Source: Pelagomonas calceolata (Eukaryota). Taken from it: a stretch of 64,000 bases of DNA. The position numbers and the translations under genes were made by a program. Positions 53,601-61,204 of this stretch are shown here, piece by piece. Location of the stretch: the NCBI GenBank assembly GCA_918797485.1, contig CAKKNE010000003.1, positions 2,108,001-2,172,000 on the forward strand, written 5' to 3'. Position 1 is the first letter of the stretch, and every line of letters starts with the position of its first letter. The notes beneath the pieces were generated by a model. That model did no database searches and had not been told where the DNA came from. It was given only the letters and a program-made list of their open reading frames with translations.

Positions 53601-54937
53601 TTACTGGGCCAATTGTTGGGCTGATGGAATCGACACTGTAGGGCGGTCCGACCACTTCAAGAACGTCGCACGTGTGGCAGTCGCCGGGCCAGGCGTGCTG
53701 CCAGCCGCCGTACATGAGTAGAGTTCCCGACTCGCTCTCGAAGGTCATGGGCGCGTCACTGCGAGGCGGCGGTATGCTACCCACGGTCTCCGGGCGCTTC
53801 CAGACGTCGGCGCCACATTCTAAAACTTGCAAGTCGTTCTGGTACACTCCGGTCGGTTTACCGTCGACGAGATCGCCGGAGTTGCCTGCGCGGAATCATG
53901 CAATCACGAAACTGCTCTCGCGGGACGCGCGGACTCTCGTGCGGCCGCACAGCGACCACGTCATGTTGAAGCTGATTTCTCACGCTGAGTCAGCACCGCC
54001 GAACATGAAGATTTTCCAGAACGGGACCGCGAAAACACTTACAGCCGTAAAGTTCCAGCGCGGCGGGCCGAAGTTCTCTTCCCCGGAAGCGGACTCGGGC
54101 TGGGACCACGCCCGCGTCTCGAGCGTGAAGACGTGCACCTGCGCGGTCCGAACGGCCTCAAACTCGAAAAAGAAACCACTCTCGTGGAAGTGAGATGGAC
54201 ACGAGTCGCGTCGATGGCGTACGAAGGGGACGCCGAGATCGCACATCATCAAATTGGCGGTTGCTGTTCCAGCCGCCCATGAGGTAGAGCACGCGGTCTT
54301 CCACACACAGGAGTTGATGGCCCGATCGCGGCTCGGGCGCATCACCGGTCGTCTCGAGCTCCTCCCACACATAAGTCTCCAGATCTAGCGAATGTAAGTC
54401 GCCGAAATCTTTGCGCGCGAAGCCGCCGCCGCCGTAGCCCCCATGTAAATATAGAGATGAGTTGACGAGGCACGTGGCGTGGGCGCCTCGCGGCGTCGGT
54501 ACTCCCGGCCAGGGCATCTTGAGAGTAGGTACGGTGTTGCCCTCGGCTAGAGCCGTCTCTGCTGGGGGAGGTTGAGACCACGTTTCCTCTTCGGTGTCGA
54601 AGTACCACAAATCATTAAAGTACCGCGTGATCTTGTCCGCACTGAAACCGCCGAACACCAACATGGTCTTGTTGTCTTTTAGGAGGTGCGCCGTGTGGTG
54701 CCACCGAGCCGGGGGGGGATTACTCGCGTTGATGCGCATCCAATAAAAAGTCTCCTTGTCGGACATGTCGAGCTTGTAGAGCTCGTTGTTCGGTCCCGGC
54801 GGGCGTCTTTTATCACAGCCGCCGAACATCCACGCCTCGGACCCGTTCTGCACGAGCGAATGGGCGCTTCGGGGAGACGGCTTCTCCTCGCCCTCGTGGG
54901 CCACGGGCGCCCAGGTCATGACCGCATCCTGCTGCAT
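38646..54937 (-). CDS. ODA11: Flagellar outer-arm dynein alpha-type heavy chain (kelch + IPT/TIG + filamin-like tail); 26 exons, 4173 aa
   Basis: Kelch repeats (PSPRSAHS, MFGG); P-loops GPAGTGKT, GPAAAGKS, GPSGTGKT and GVGGSGKQ; CFDEFNR; 25 introns total 3770 bp, leaving a 12522-nt in-frame CDS. Confidence 0.9.
40631..40734 (-). mobile_element. Dynein intron 25, family C, GC-AG
   Basis: gcgctgacgcagcg...cccgcgcag. Confidence 0.75.
41027..41260 (-). mobile_element. Dynein intron 24, degenerate family A
   Basis: gtagcagc-ctgtgt...ccacacag; interior shared with intron 22. Confidence 0.75.
41420..41542 (-). mobile_element. Dynein intron 23, family C
   Basis: gtgcggacgcggcg...tcgacgcag. Confidence 0.7.
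41839..42114 (-). mobile_element. Dynein intron 22, family A with a GC donor from the TSD
   Basis: TSD gcacgggc / gcacggac; TIRs ccgtgtggaaatcaacc / tttccacgcag. Confidence 0.8.
42218..42371 (-). mobile_element. Dynein intron 21, family C
   Basis: gtgctgactcagcg...gccacacag. Confidence 0.75.
43016..43110 (-). mobile_element. Dynein intron 20, family C
   Basis: gtgccgactcggcg...ccatcaaacacag. Confidence 0.75.
43367..43481 (-). mobile_element. Dynein intron 19, family B-like
   Basis: gtgcgctcgcggcg...tatcacag. Confidence 0.65.
44190..44435 (-). mobile_element. Dynein intron 18, family B
   Basis: gttcatctcggcgttttgaagtg...ctcccgcgcag. Confidence 0.75.
45153..45226 (-). mobile_element. Dynein intron 17, family B, GC-AG
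   Basis: gcgcgctcgccgcgttttgaagtg...atgctccgcgcag. Confidence 0.75.
45416..45481 (-). mobile_element. Dynein intron 16, family C
   Basis: gtgccgactcagtg, (ttgaac)n, cccacgcag. Confidence 0.75.
45593..45845 (-). mobile_element. Dynein intron 15, family C
   Basis: gtccgtgactcggcg...tccgcgcag. Confidence 0.75.
46126..46236 (-). mobile_element. Dynein intron 14, family C
   Basis: gtccgtgactcagtg...cccacgcag. Confidence 0.75.
46533..46787 (-). mobile_element. Dynein intron 13, family C/B mosaic
   Basis: gtgccgacgcggcg...cccgcgcag. Confidence 0.75.
47250..47334 (-). mobile_element. Dynein intron 12, family C
   Basis: gtgccgactcggcg...tcgcgcag. Confidence 0.75.
47496..47632 (-). mobile_element. 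Dynein intron 11, family C
   Basis: gtgctgactcagcg...cccacacag. Confidence 0.75.
48095..48217 (-). mobile_element. Dynein intron 10, family C
   Basis: gtgctgactcggcg...ccatcaaccacag. Confidence 0.75.
49570..49732 (-). mobile_element. Dynein intron 9, family C
   Basis: gtgctgactcagcg...ttcgacacag. Confidence 0.75.
49920..50084 (-). mobile_element. Dynein intron 8, family C
   Basis: gtgctgactcagcg...ccatcaaacacag. Confidence 0.75.
50249..50511 (-). mobile_element. Dynein intron 7, family B
   Basis: gtgcgatctccgcgttttgaggtg...gatgctccgcgcag. Confidence 0.8.
50913..51050 (-). mobile_element. Dynein intron 6, family B, GC-AG
   Basis: gcgcgatctcggcgttttgaagtg...atgctccgcgcag. Confidence 0.8.
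51234..51386 (-). mobile_element. Dynein intron 5, family C
   Basis: gtcagtgactcggcg...ttcgacgcag. Confidence 0.75.
51597..51732 (-). mobile_element. Dynein intron 4, family B-like, GC-AG
   Basis: gcgcgcgcgccgcg...gtttgagctgtttcggaccgcg...ccgcgcag. Confidence 0.7.
52630..52713 (-). mobile_element. Dynein intron 3, family C, GC-AG
   Basis: gcgcggactcggcg...gccacacag. Confidence 0.7.
53886..53996 (-). mobile_element. Dynein intron 2, family C
   Basis: gtgctgactcagcg...ttccgcgcag. Confidence 0.75.
54139..54244 (-). mobile_element. Dynein intron 1, family B
   Basis: gtgcgatctcggcg...tcgagtttgaggccgttcggaccgcgcag. Confidence 0.8.
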
Positions 54938-55266
54938 GGTCGCTCCGCGGTCGCGCTCTTTCTGCACGCGATGGCAAAGCTGCCTCTTTTTTCGCTGCGA
55001 CAGCTGGGGCTGCCCCGCTCTTCCGCACGGGACGGCGCTGCTGCCGGGCTGCTGGCTTCCGTCGGGCGTCGGTCTCGCGGCTTCGTGCGAGAGCCTAGGC
55101 CGCCAGGTAGCGCGTCGATTTGCCAGGCAAAACCGAGCGCTGAGCGGCCCCTAGGATTACTTTACTACATTTTTCTTTTGCTGGTGTTTTCTAGGCATGC
55201 ATTGAGGTTGCCTGGCGCTGCGCACGGCGTCCGCGGGAGGCGTGGAATGATCTTTGCTTCGTCGAC

Positions 55267-55284
55267 CTAGCGGTAAGACACTAG
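55267..55284 (-). promoter_or_regulatory. CTAG-bracketed intergenic motif
   Basis: Minus strand reads ctagtgtcttaccgctag. Confidence 0.7.
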
Positions 55285-55526
55285 CCCTGGTTTTCAGGCG
55301 CGGCCGTCTTTTTGGACCCGCTAAGCGCAAGCGCCCAAGTGCTGGACGCCTGCGCGTGCTTATAACCCCTTTTGTTGCCCGCGCGACATCGCTTTGCCAC
55401 TCCGCGGCACTGCGCAGCGATTTGGTCAGCGGACCACCCTCGCCTCGAAACTCGCCGCGCCGCGCCGACGCCGCGCCGCGCAGCGCTTCGGACTCGCCGC
55501 GCCGCCGCCGCCGCACCACATAAATC

Positions 55527-56237
55527 ATGGCCTCCGACGCGAGCTACTCCTACTCGCTCACGACCTTCAGCCGGAGCGGCAAATTGCTCCAGATCGAGTA
55601 CGCCTTGACCGCTGTTGGGGAAGGCAAGACGTCGATCGGCATCAAGGCCAAGAACGGCGTGGTCCTGATCACGGACAAAAAAATTCAAAATAAACTTGTA
55701 GATGTGCAACAAGTGAAGAAGCTCGAGAAGGTGTCGCCGTCCGTGGGGTTTGTGTATTCGGGCGTCGGGCCCGACTATCGAGTTTTAGTGAAGAAAGCTA
55801 GGAAGCAGGCCCAAGCTTACTTTTTACAGTACCGAGCCCTCAAACCCGTGAAAGCCCTCGTCCAGGACACGGCGTCCGTCATGCAGGAGTACACGCAGAG
55901 CGGCGGTGTGAGACCTTTTGGTATTTCTCTGCTCGTCGCGGGCTACGACGACGAGGGGCCCCAATTGTTTCAAGTGGATCCATCTGGAGCCTACTACGGC
56001 TGGAAGGCTTCTGCTATTGGTAAAAATTTCAAGAACGCTAGAAGTTTCCTGGAGAAGCGCTACAACGACGACGTGGAATTAGATGATGCGATCCACACGG
56101 CCCTCCTGACGATGCGCGAGGGCTTTGAAGGGGAGATGACGGAGCACACGATCGAGGTTGGTATTGTGGGCGAGGACCGCGTCTTCCGCGTGCTGACGCC
56201 CGCGGAGGTGAAGGACTTCCTGGACGAGTCGACGTAG
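55527..56237 (+). CDS. PSMA2: 20S proteasome subunit alpha type-2
   Basis: [33 protein letters not shown]. Confidence 0.95.
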   Translation: MASDASYSYSLTTFSRSGKLLQIEYALTAVGEGKTSIGIKAKNGVVLITDKKIQNKLVDVQQVKKLEKVSPSVGFVYSGVGPDYRVLVKKARKQAQAYFLQYRALKPVKALVQDTASVMQEYTQSGGVRPFGISLLVAGYDDEGPQLFQVDPSGAYYGWKASAIGKNFKNARSFLEKRYNDDVELDDAIHTALLTMREGFEGEMTEHTIEVGIVGEDRVFRVLTPAEVKDFLDEST

Positions 56238-56280
56238 TTATCGTGCGTTTAATATATTACTGGTATTTGCACTTACGTAC

Positions 56281-57588
56281 CTACACTAGTCGAGCGTACC
56301 TCTCGGAGATCGTGACCAAGTCCGAGTCTGAGCCGAAGTGCACGGTGCAGGCCGCTGGAAGGGAGATGACTCGGAAGCTGTCCGAGTCTGATTCGCCGCC
56401 GTAATCGTGGGGGATGTCCTCGTAATGTGCCGCGGCCCACGTGTTGCCAGCCGCAGGAACAGAGACCACCCCTCCGCCTGCCCCCCACCCATTACCCCTC
56501 GATTTTTCGGCCCACTTTATCACTGGGTCGCCGATACAACTTCCCTCGTACTGTCCAACGTGCTCCGCCATTCCCACCGTCAGCGGCACCACACGACGAA
56601 TGCCAGTTCCGTAGCTCGAGTCTCGAACATAAATGGCCGTGAGCATGGGACAGGCAATGCTATGGATGAAGCAGTGTTTTGCGGCGCGGGCAAGATCGAG
56701 AATTCGCAGGCTCGGCGACGCAATTGAAATGCGGGTGTCAGCGCAGCCATTCAATTGGAGCGTGTGCAGTCGAGGTAGCCGTCTAAGGAGCGCGAAATCG
56801 TTAACTACTGAGGGCAGCTCCACAGACAGGCCCGTCGCAGCATCCCATCTATAGCGTCTCTCCCTTTGCGGCAGGGTCATGCGCAGCGTTCTCACGTTCG
56901 GTAGCTCAAGACTTCCGTCGCTGGCACCGAACAGCCGCAGGACGTCGTCGGTGCACGAGACCAGCGTGAGGCTGCGCAGCGCGCTCACCGCCGGGCGGAG
57001 CGTCGGGTCGGGCGTCCACGCGACGACGCGGCGGAAGTCATCCATCGTCGGCACCTCGAAAGCATCCGCTTCGATGTCGATGATGCCGTCAGCGTTAGGG
57101 TGTCCGTGGACCAACGCCTCCGACGAAAGGAGCATACTTCGTACATTCCTCGACACGCTGATCCGCACGCGCGAAAGGTTCGTCGTGTCGCATGTCTCGA
57201 GCAGCCAGCGCAGCATCGGGACCTCATCCGAGCCCAAGTGTACCGTGAGAGATCGGAGCGGCGCCCGCGCCCGCGCGAAGGCACGCATGAGCAGTATACC
57301 GTCAGCCGCATCCACGGCGCACGTGTTGAGGTGCTCGAGGCAGCAGCGGTTCACGAGGCCGCGGACCGCGCTGTCCGTCGCCAGGATGCGCAAGAACGGG
57401 ATCGGGTCGGCGGGCGGCGCGACGAACGCGAAGACTCGTTTTGCGATGTCATCGGGCAGCGTGCCGAGATGGTGACGACGCGGCTTCGGCCGCGCGCGCC
57501 GGCGCCGCCGCCGCGGCAGCTCCGAGGGCGTCACGTCGCTCCGCAGCCCGCGGCGCACCAGGCGGCCGCCCTTGCGGTCCCAGGCCAT
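56281..57588 (-). CDS. F-box-like / leucine-rich-repeat protein
   Basis: LGTLPDDIAKRVFAFV; LxxLxL repeats (LPRLHTLQL, PSLRILDL). Confidence 0.6.
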   Translation of the reverse strand: MAWDRKGGRLVRRGLRSDVTPSELPRRRRRRARPKPRRHHLGTLPDDIAKRVFAFVAPPADPIPFLRILATDSAVRGLVNRCCLEHLNTCAVDAADGILLMRAFARARAPLRSLTVHLGSDEVPMLRWLLETCDTTNLSRVRISVSRNVRSMLLSSEALVHGHPNADGIIDIEADAFEVPTMDDFRRVVAWTPDPTLRPAVSALRSLTLVSCTDDVLRLFGASDGSLELPNVRTLRMTLPQRERRYRWDAATGLSVELPSVVNDFALLRRLPRLHTLQLNGCADTRISIASPSLRILDLARAAKHCFIHSIACPMLTAIYVRDSSYGTGIRRVVPLTVGMAEHVGQYEGSCIGDPVIKWAEKSRGNGWGAGGGVVSVPAAGNTWAAAHYEDIPHDYGGESDSDSFRVISLPAACTVHFGSDSDLVTISERYARLV

Positions 57589-57682
57589 GAAGAACGAATG
57601 TCCGAAGGGCTCAGGAGGCGCAAATCAGTGTCGATTCGACTGCTTCGACTGCTGTGGTCCTGTGAAACACGATCGGTCCTTC

Positions 57683-57702
57683 CTAGTGGTCTTGTACGCT
57701 AG
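57683..57702 (+). promoter_or_regulatory. CTAG-bracketed intergenic motif (variant)
   Basis: ctagtggtcttgtacgctag. Confidence 0.6.
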
Positions 57703-57829
57703 ATAATGCCATCCAACAACAACGCACGCGGCGAGGCCGGACACAAACGCGAGGGCAGCCTGCCGCCCACGTGCTCCACAGCTTCATACAAGCAGCGGGC
57801 GCTCGGACGTAGCGCCTCGCAACACCAAA

Positions 57830-58867
57830 ATGAGCACCCCCTCGTCGACGCTGCCCCCCACGGGCATGTGGGACCTCCTCATCAGGAACGTCACGCGCGA
57901 CGCGTCGCCCCTGTCTCATGCCGAGCTCGAGCTCCTGCGACAGACGCGCCAGGAGCTGGGGCCGGAGCGCTGGAAGCAGCTGCTGGCGGTCGCGCGGGAC
58001 GAGTCGAATCGGCGACGACGCGAGGGCCACAAGCTGTTCCTCCCCACGCCCGGAGACAAACCGTGGTCGCCGACGACGATTCCGCCGCCGCGGACGAACA
58101 ACATCAAGCCGGCGTTCGGCTCCGAGGATTTCAAGGCGCCGCCGCGGCGGACGATGACGGCGCGGCCCGCCGTGACGCCGTCGAAGCCGGACGCGGCGGC
58201 CCGCGCGGGCGCCGCGGCGGCGCGCGCGCCGACGTCGCCCGCCGCAACAGCCGCCGCTAGCGCCAGGAAGCGCCAGCTCGCCGACGCGCGCGCCGTCGCG
58301 GCCTGCGCGTCGGCCGCCCGCAAGCGGGCCATCGCCGACGCCCGCGAGAGCCGCCGCGCGCTGCAAGCGCTCGAAGCGACGCTCGACAAGCGCGACGCGG
58401 AGCTGAAGGAGGCCCGGGCGGCCGCGGCGAAGGCGACGGCCGAGAACGACGCGCTGCGCGAGAAGTTGCGCGCGGCGTCGCTAAAGGACTCGATCAAGGA
58501 GCACGCCGGCGTGTCGTTGAGACGCCTCGACTCGGCGCGCGGCGCGGCCCTTCTAGCTGCCGCGGTCGTCGTCGACTCGGCGAACGAGGAGGGCTGCCCC
58601 GCGGCCGCGAAGCTCGCCCTCGCCGCGGCCGAGGACCACCTCCGCGCGTTCGCGAGCGCCGCGCTGGCCGTGGCCGAGAAGTTCGGCGGCGCGGCGCCGC
58701 CGACACGTGCAGCTTCGAGCGGCGGCGCGACGGATGCCGCCGCCGACGCGCAGCATTACGCGGCGCTCGCGGAACACCTCGACCGCGAGTCGGCGGCCGT
58801 GCCGGGGGCGGCGGCGGCGCCGACGACGCTGCCGTCGCGCGAGGGGCCCAAGGGGGCTTGGAGATAA
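57830..58867 (+). CDS. Hypothetical Ala-rich coiled-coil protein
   Basis: 345-aa ORF with an ATG, coding-like codon usage and a central heptad region. Confidence 0.6.
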   Translation: MSTPSSTLPPTGMWDLLIRNVTRDASPLSHAELELLRQTRQELGPERWKQLLAVARDESNRRRREGHKLFLPTPGDKPWSPTTIPPPRTNNIKPAFGSEDFKAPPRRTMTARPAVTPSKPDAAARAGAAAARAPTSPAATAAASARKRQLADARAVAACASAARKRAIADARESRRALQALEATLDKRDAELKEARAAAAKATAENDALREKLRAASLKDSIKEHAGVSLRRLDSARGAALLAAAVVVDSANEEGCPAAAKLALAAAEDHLRAFASAALAVAEKFGGAAPPTRAASSGGATDAAADAQHYAALAEHLDRESAAVPGAAAAPTTLPSREGPKGAWR

Positions 58868-58881
58868 TTCATTTTTGCTTA

Positions 58882-59208
58882 TTAGACTGCCTCCGGCGGC
58901 GTCTCGCGGGCGCGGAGCGCGGCTCGCGCGTTTCGCAGGGCGTGCTCAATCCCCGATGCGAGCGGATGCGCGCCGCCGTACACGCGCCGCGCGACGCGTT
59001 CCGACTCCTCGAGCGTCGTTACAGCCTCGCGCATATCGTCGAGCGTGGCGCTGGGGTCATTGCAGAGCACCGCCGCGTAATTCTGTCTCACCGTGAGCGT
59101 GAGTTCATGACTCTCTCCCAGAACGCGTCGCGCCAAGGGCATCGTTTTTCGCAACACTGCCTTGCTTTCTGCGTAGCGCTGTAGATTACCAAGGGTTATT
59201 GGACTCAT
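58882..59208 (-). pseudogene. 3' fragment of a TPR-like repeat protein
   Basis: QRYAESKAVLRK..ARRVLGESHELTL and EAVTTLEESERVARRVYGGAHP; no native 5' region. Confidence 0.6.
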
Positions 59209-60110
59209 TGACGACGTTTCGAGCGCCTTAGGCCGCACGCGGTCGGCTTCGACCGACGACGTCGAGGTGGCTATGGGAAGGATTGCGCGCACGGCTGGCG
59301 CGCGTGTCATCGTCGTGTTGGATTTCGCGCGCGTGTCGGATGTGGACGATTCGGCCACGCGGGGGCTATTGTCTCTCAAGCGCATTGCGCATGACGAGCA
59401 CGACGCGGTCCTGCTCGTCGCCGCGTTGCCCGCCGAGTGCGAGCAGGTGCTGGCCTGTGCGCAACTCAAATCGACCGCGTCGGCCGCACGTCATCGACGC
59501 AACATTGTCTCTGTCCGCACAGGTGCTGGCGCGGGCCGGATTCTTCGACGCCGATGACGCGAAAGACGCGATCAAAGCCTTCGAGTACGTATATGGTGCC
59601 CTGGAATACGCGGAATCGCTCCACCTCCGGAGCGCGCGGCGCCTGCCGCCGCCGCCGTCCGATCCCGCGGCTATGTTGAGACGGACCTTTGCTGCGGCGC
59701 CCGACGGGTGGTTCCACTGCATCGAAAGTGCTTTTGAGATTGTTGATGTGGAAGCGGGCGAGACCATCTGGAACGCCGGCGATCCCGCATCGGGAATAGC
59801 TCTGGTCGTGTCTGGAAGACTTAGGACGTCGCTGCGGTCGCGCCCTTCCGTCGTGTTCGCGGGTGGCCATGATAGAGAGGTCGAGCCCTCGGGGCCGGGC
59901 AGCCTCCACGGCTACCTGTCTGCCTTTACCGGGCACTCGCATCACCTCACGTTTACCGCTCTGACGGACGCGCGCCTCCTCGTCATATCGAAGGCGCGGC
60001 TCGACGCCCTACCGGCGACGGCAATGCTCGCGGTGGCGCGCGTTGTGATGGCGCGGTCGTCGCACGAGTACCGGCATCACACGGCGGTGGTGGCGAATTT
60101 GATGCAGTAA
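59195..60110 (+). pseudogene. STAS + cNMP-binding C-terminal fragment of a SulP-like transporter; intron 59447-59522
   Basis: STAS VVLDFARVSDVDDSA; ALEYAE; cNMP-like AGETIWNAGDPASGIALVVSG; no TM domain upstream (in-frame stop at 59174). Confidence 0.65.
59447..59522 (+). mobile_element. Introner, family A-like (76-bp intron)
   Basis: TSD gtgctggc at 59447 and 59523; short TIR ctgtgcg / cgcacag; splicing restores the frame. Confidence 0.8.
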
Positions 60111-60128
60111 TTACTTTTAGTTCTTTAG

Positions 60129-60986
60129 CTAAGATTCCTTTGCGGCGCGCCGCCTTCGGAGCGATGCGACGACGAAGAACAGGGTGGCCGCGGCGAACCA
60201 CACATAAAACCCGTCGTCGCCAGACGCGGCGGCCGGCATCTCTGCCGGCTTTGCTGCGACGGGCGCCAGCGTCGCGCCCCGCAGCCGCGCGTAGTGCTCG
60301 AGAATCGCCGTGTCCTTGCCGTCGAGCTTGCCGTCTCCATCAATATCGCCTTTCCGATGAGGAACCAGGGCCTCGGGGCGCCGCCTCGCCGAGACGATTT
60401 TGGACAGCTCGGGGAACTCCTTCGACAGATACGCGTCGCCCTGGTTGTTGATCTTGCCCTGCGACGGCCCCGGGCCCTTGGGCCCGCCCTCGCCCGTCAC
60501 GTGTAATCTATCAACAACGCTCATGCCCGCTTCATCGACTTCGCCGAAGGGCGGGAAGTTCTCCCTATCTAACCTGGAATTATCACCAAAATTGATGAAA
60601 AGCTGCGTCGACCGGCTGTTCGGGCCCGCGTGCGCAAATGTAATACGACCGCGCGTGTTCGACTTAGGCACGTGTTCTCCCGCCACCTCGTCTTGGATCG
60701 ACTTCCGCCGCCATCTTCCTTGTCTCTCCGGGTCGCCATTAATACCAAATTGGGCCATGAATCGGTTGATAACGCGAAAAAAGGCGCATCCATCAAAATG
60801 GCCGTCGTCGACGAGTTTGAGGAATCTTGATGCCCCCTTCGGCGCCCACTTCCGATAGACGTGGACGGCGAAGGTTTCGATTGGTTCGCCTGGTTTTAGT
60901 TGGACCTCGAAGTCGACGATGGCGTCTGGCTGCTGTTGTGCAAAGGTGCCCGCGCAGAGCAGCAATGCGCCTGAGATGAGGCGCAT
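60129..60986 (-). CDS. Cyclophilin-type PPIase with signal peptide and C-terminal TM anchor
   Basis: FFRVINRFMAQFG, NTRGRITFA, RSTQLFIN and FPPFGEV; C-terminal hydrophobic helix. Confidence 0.9.
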   Translation of the reverse strand: MRLISGALLLCAGTFAQQQPDAIVDFEVQLKPGEPIETFAVHVYRKWAPKGASRFLKLVDDGHFDGCAFFRVINRFMAQFGINGDPERQGRWRRKSIQDEVAGEHVPKSNTRGRITFAHAGPNSRSTQLFINFGDNSRLDRENFPPFGEVDEAGMSVVDRLHVTGEGGPKGPGPSQGKINNQGDAYLSKEFPELSKIVSARRRPEALVPHRKGDIDGDGKLDGKDTAILEHYARLRGATLAPVAAKPAEMPAAASGDDGFYVWFAAATLFFVVASLRRRRAAKES

Positions 60987-61144
60987 GCTGTGGGTGCTGT
61001 CTTGTAGCGGCGGAAGCGTACGCAGGCGTCTCCAAACGTTGCCGAGGCAAGTTTAGTGGTAGAGATCGATCACTAGCGGCGAAAGAAGTGCAGCGTTATA
61101 GCTCCTGAGCTCTGCCCGAGGTTGCGAGCTCCTGACGCTGCTGG

Positions 61145-61164
61145 CTAGTGTCTTACACCGCTAG
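61145..61164 (+). promoter_or_regulatory. CTAG-bracketed intergenic motif
   Basis: ctagtgtcttacaccgctag. Confidence 0.7.
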
Positions 61165-61204
61165 AATAAACCGAAAACGCCCTTAGGCACCGAGGGGAGC
61201 TAGC

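Noticed and set aside
38646..54967. Fragmented dynein ORFs as a pseudogene or several genes
   Set aside because: All breaks are bounded by GT/GC-AG and splice into one frame of 12522 nt.
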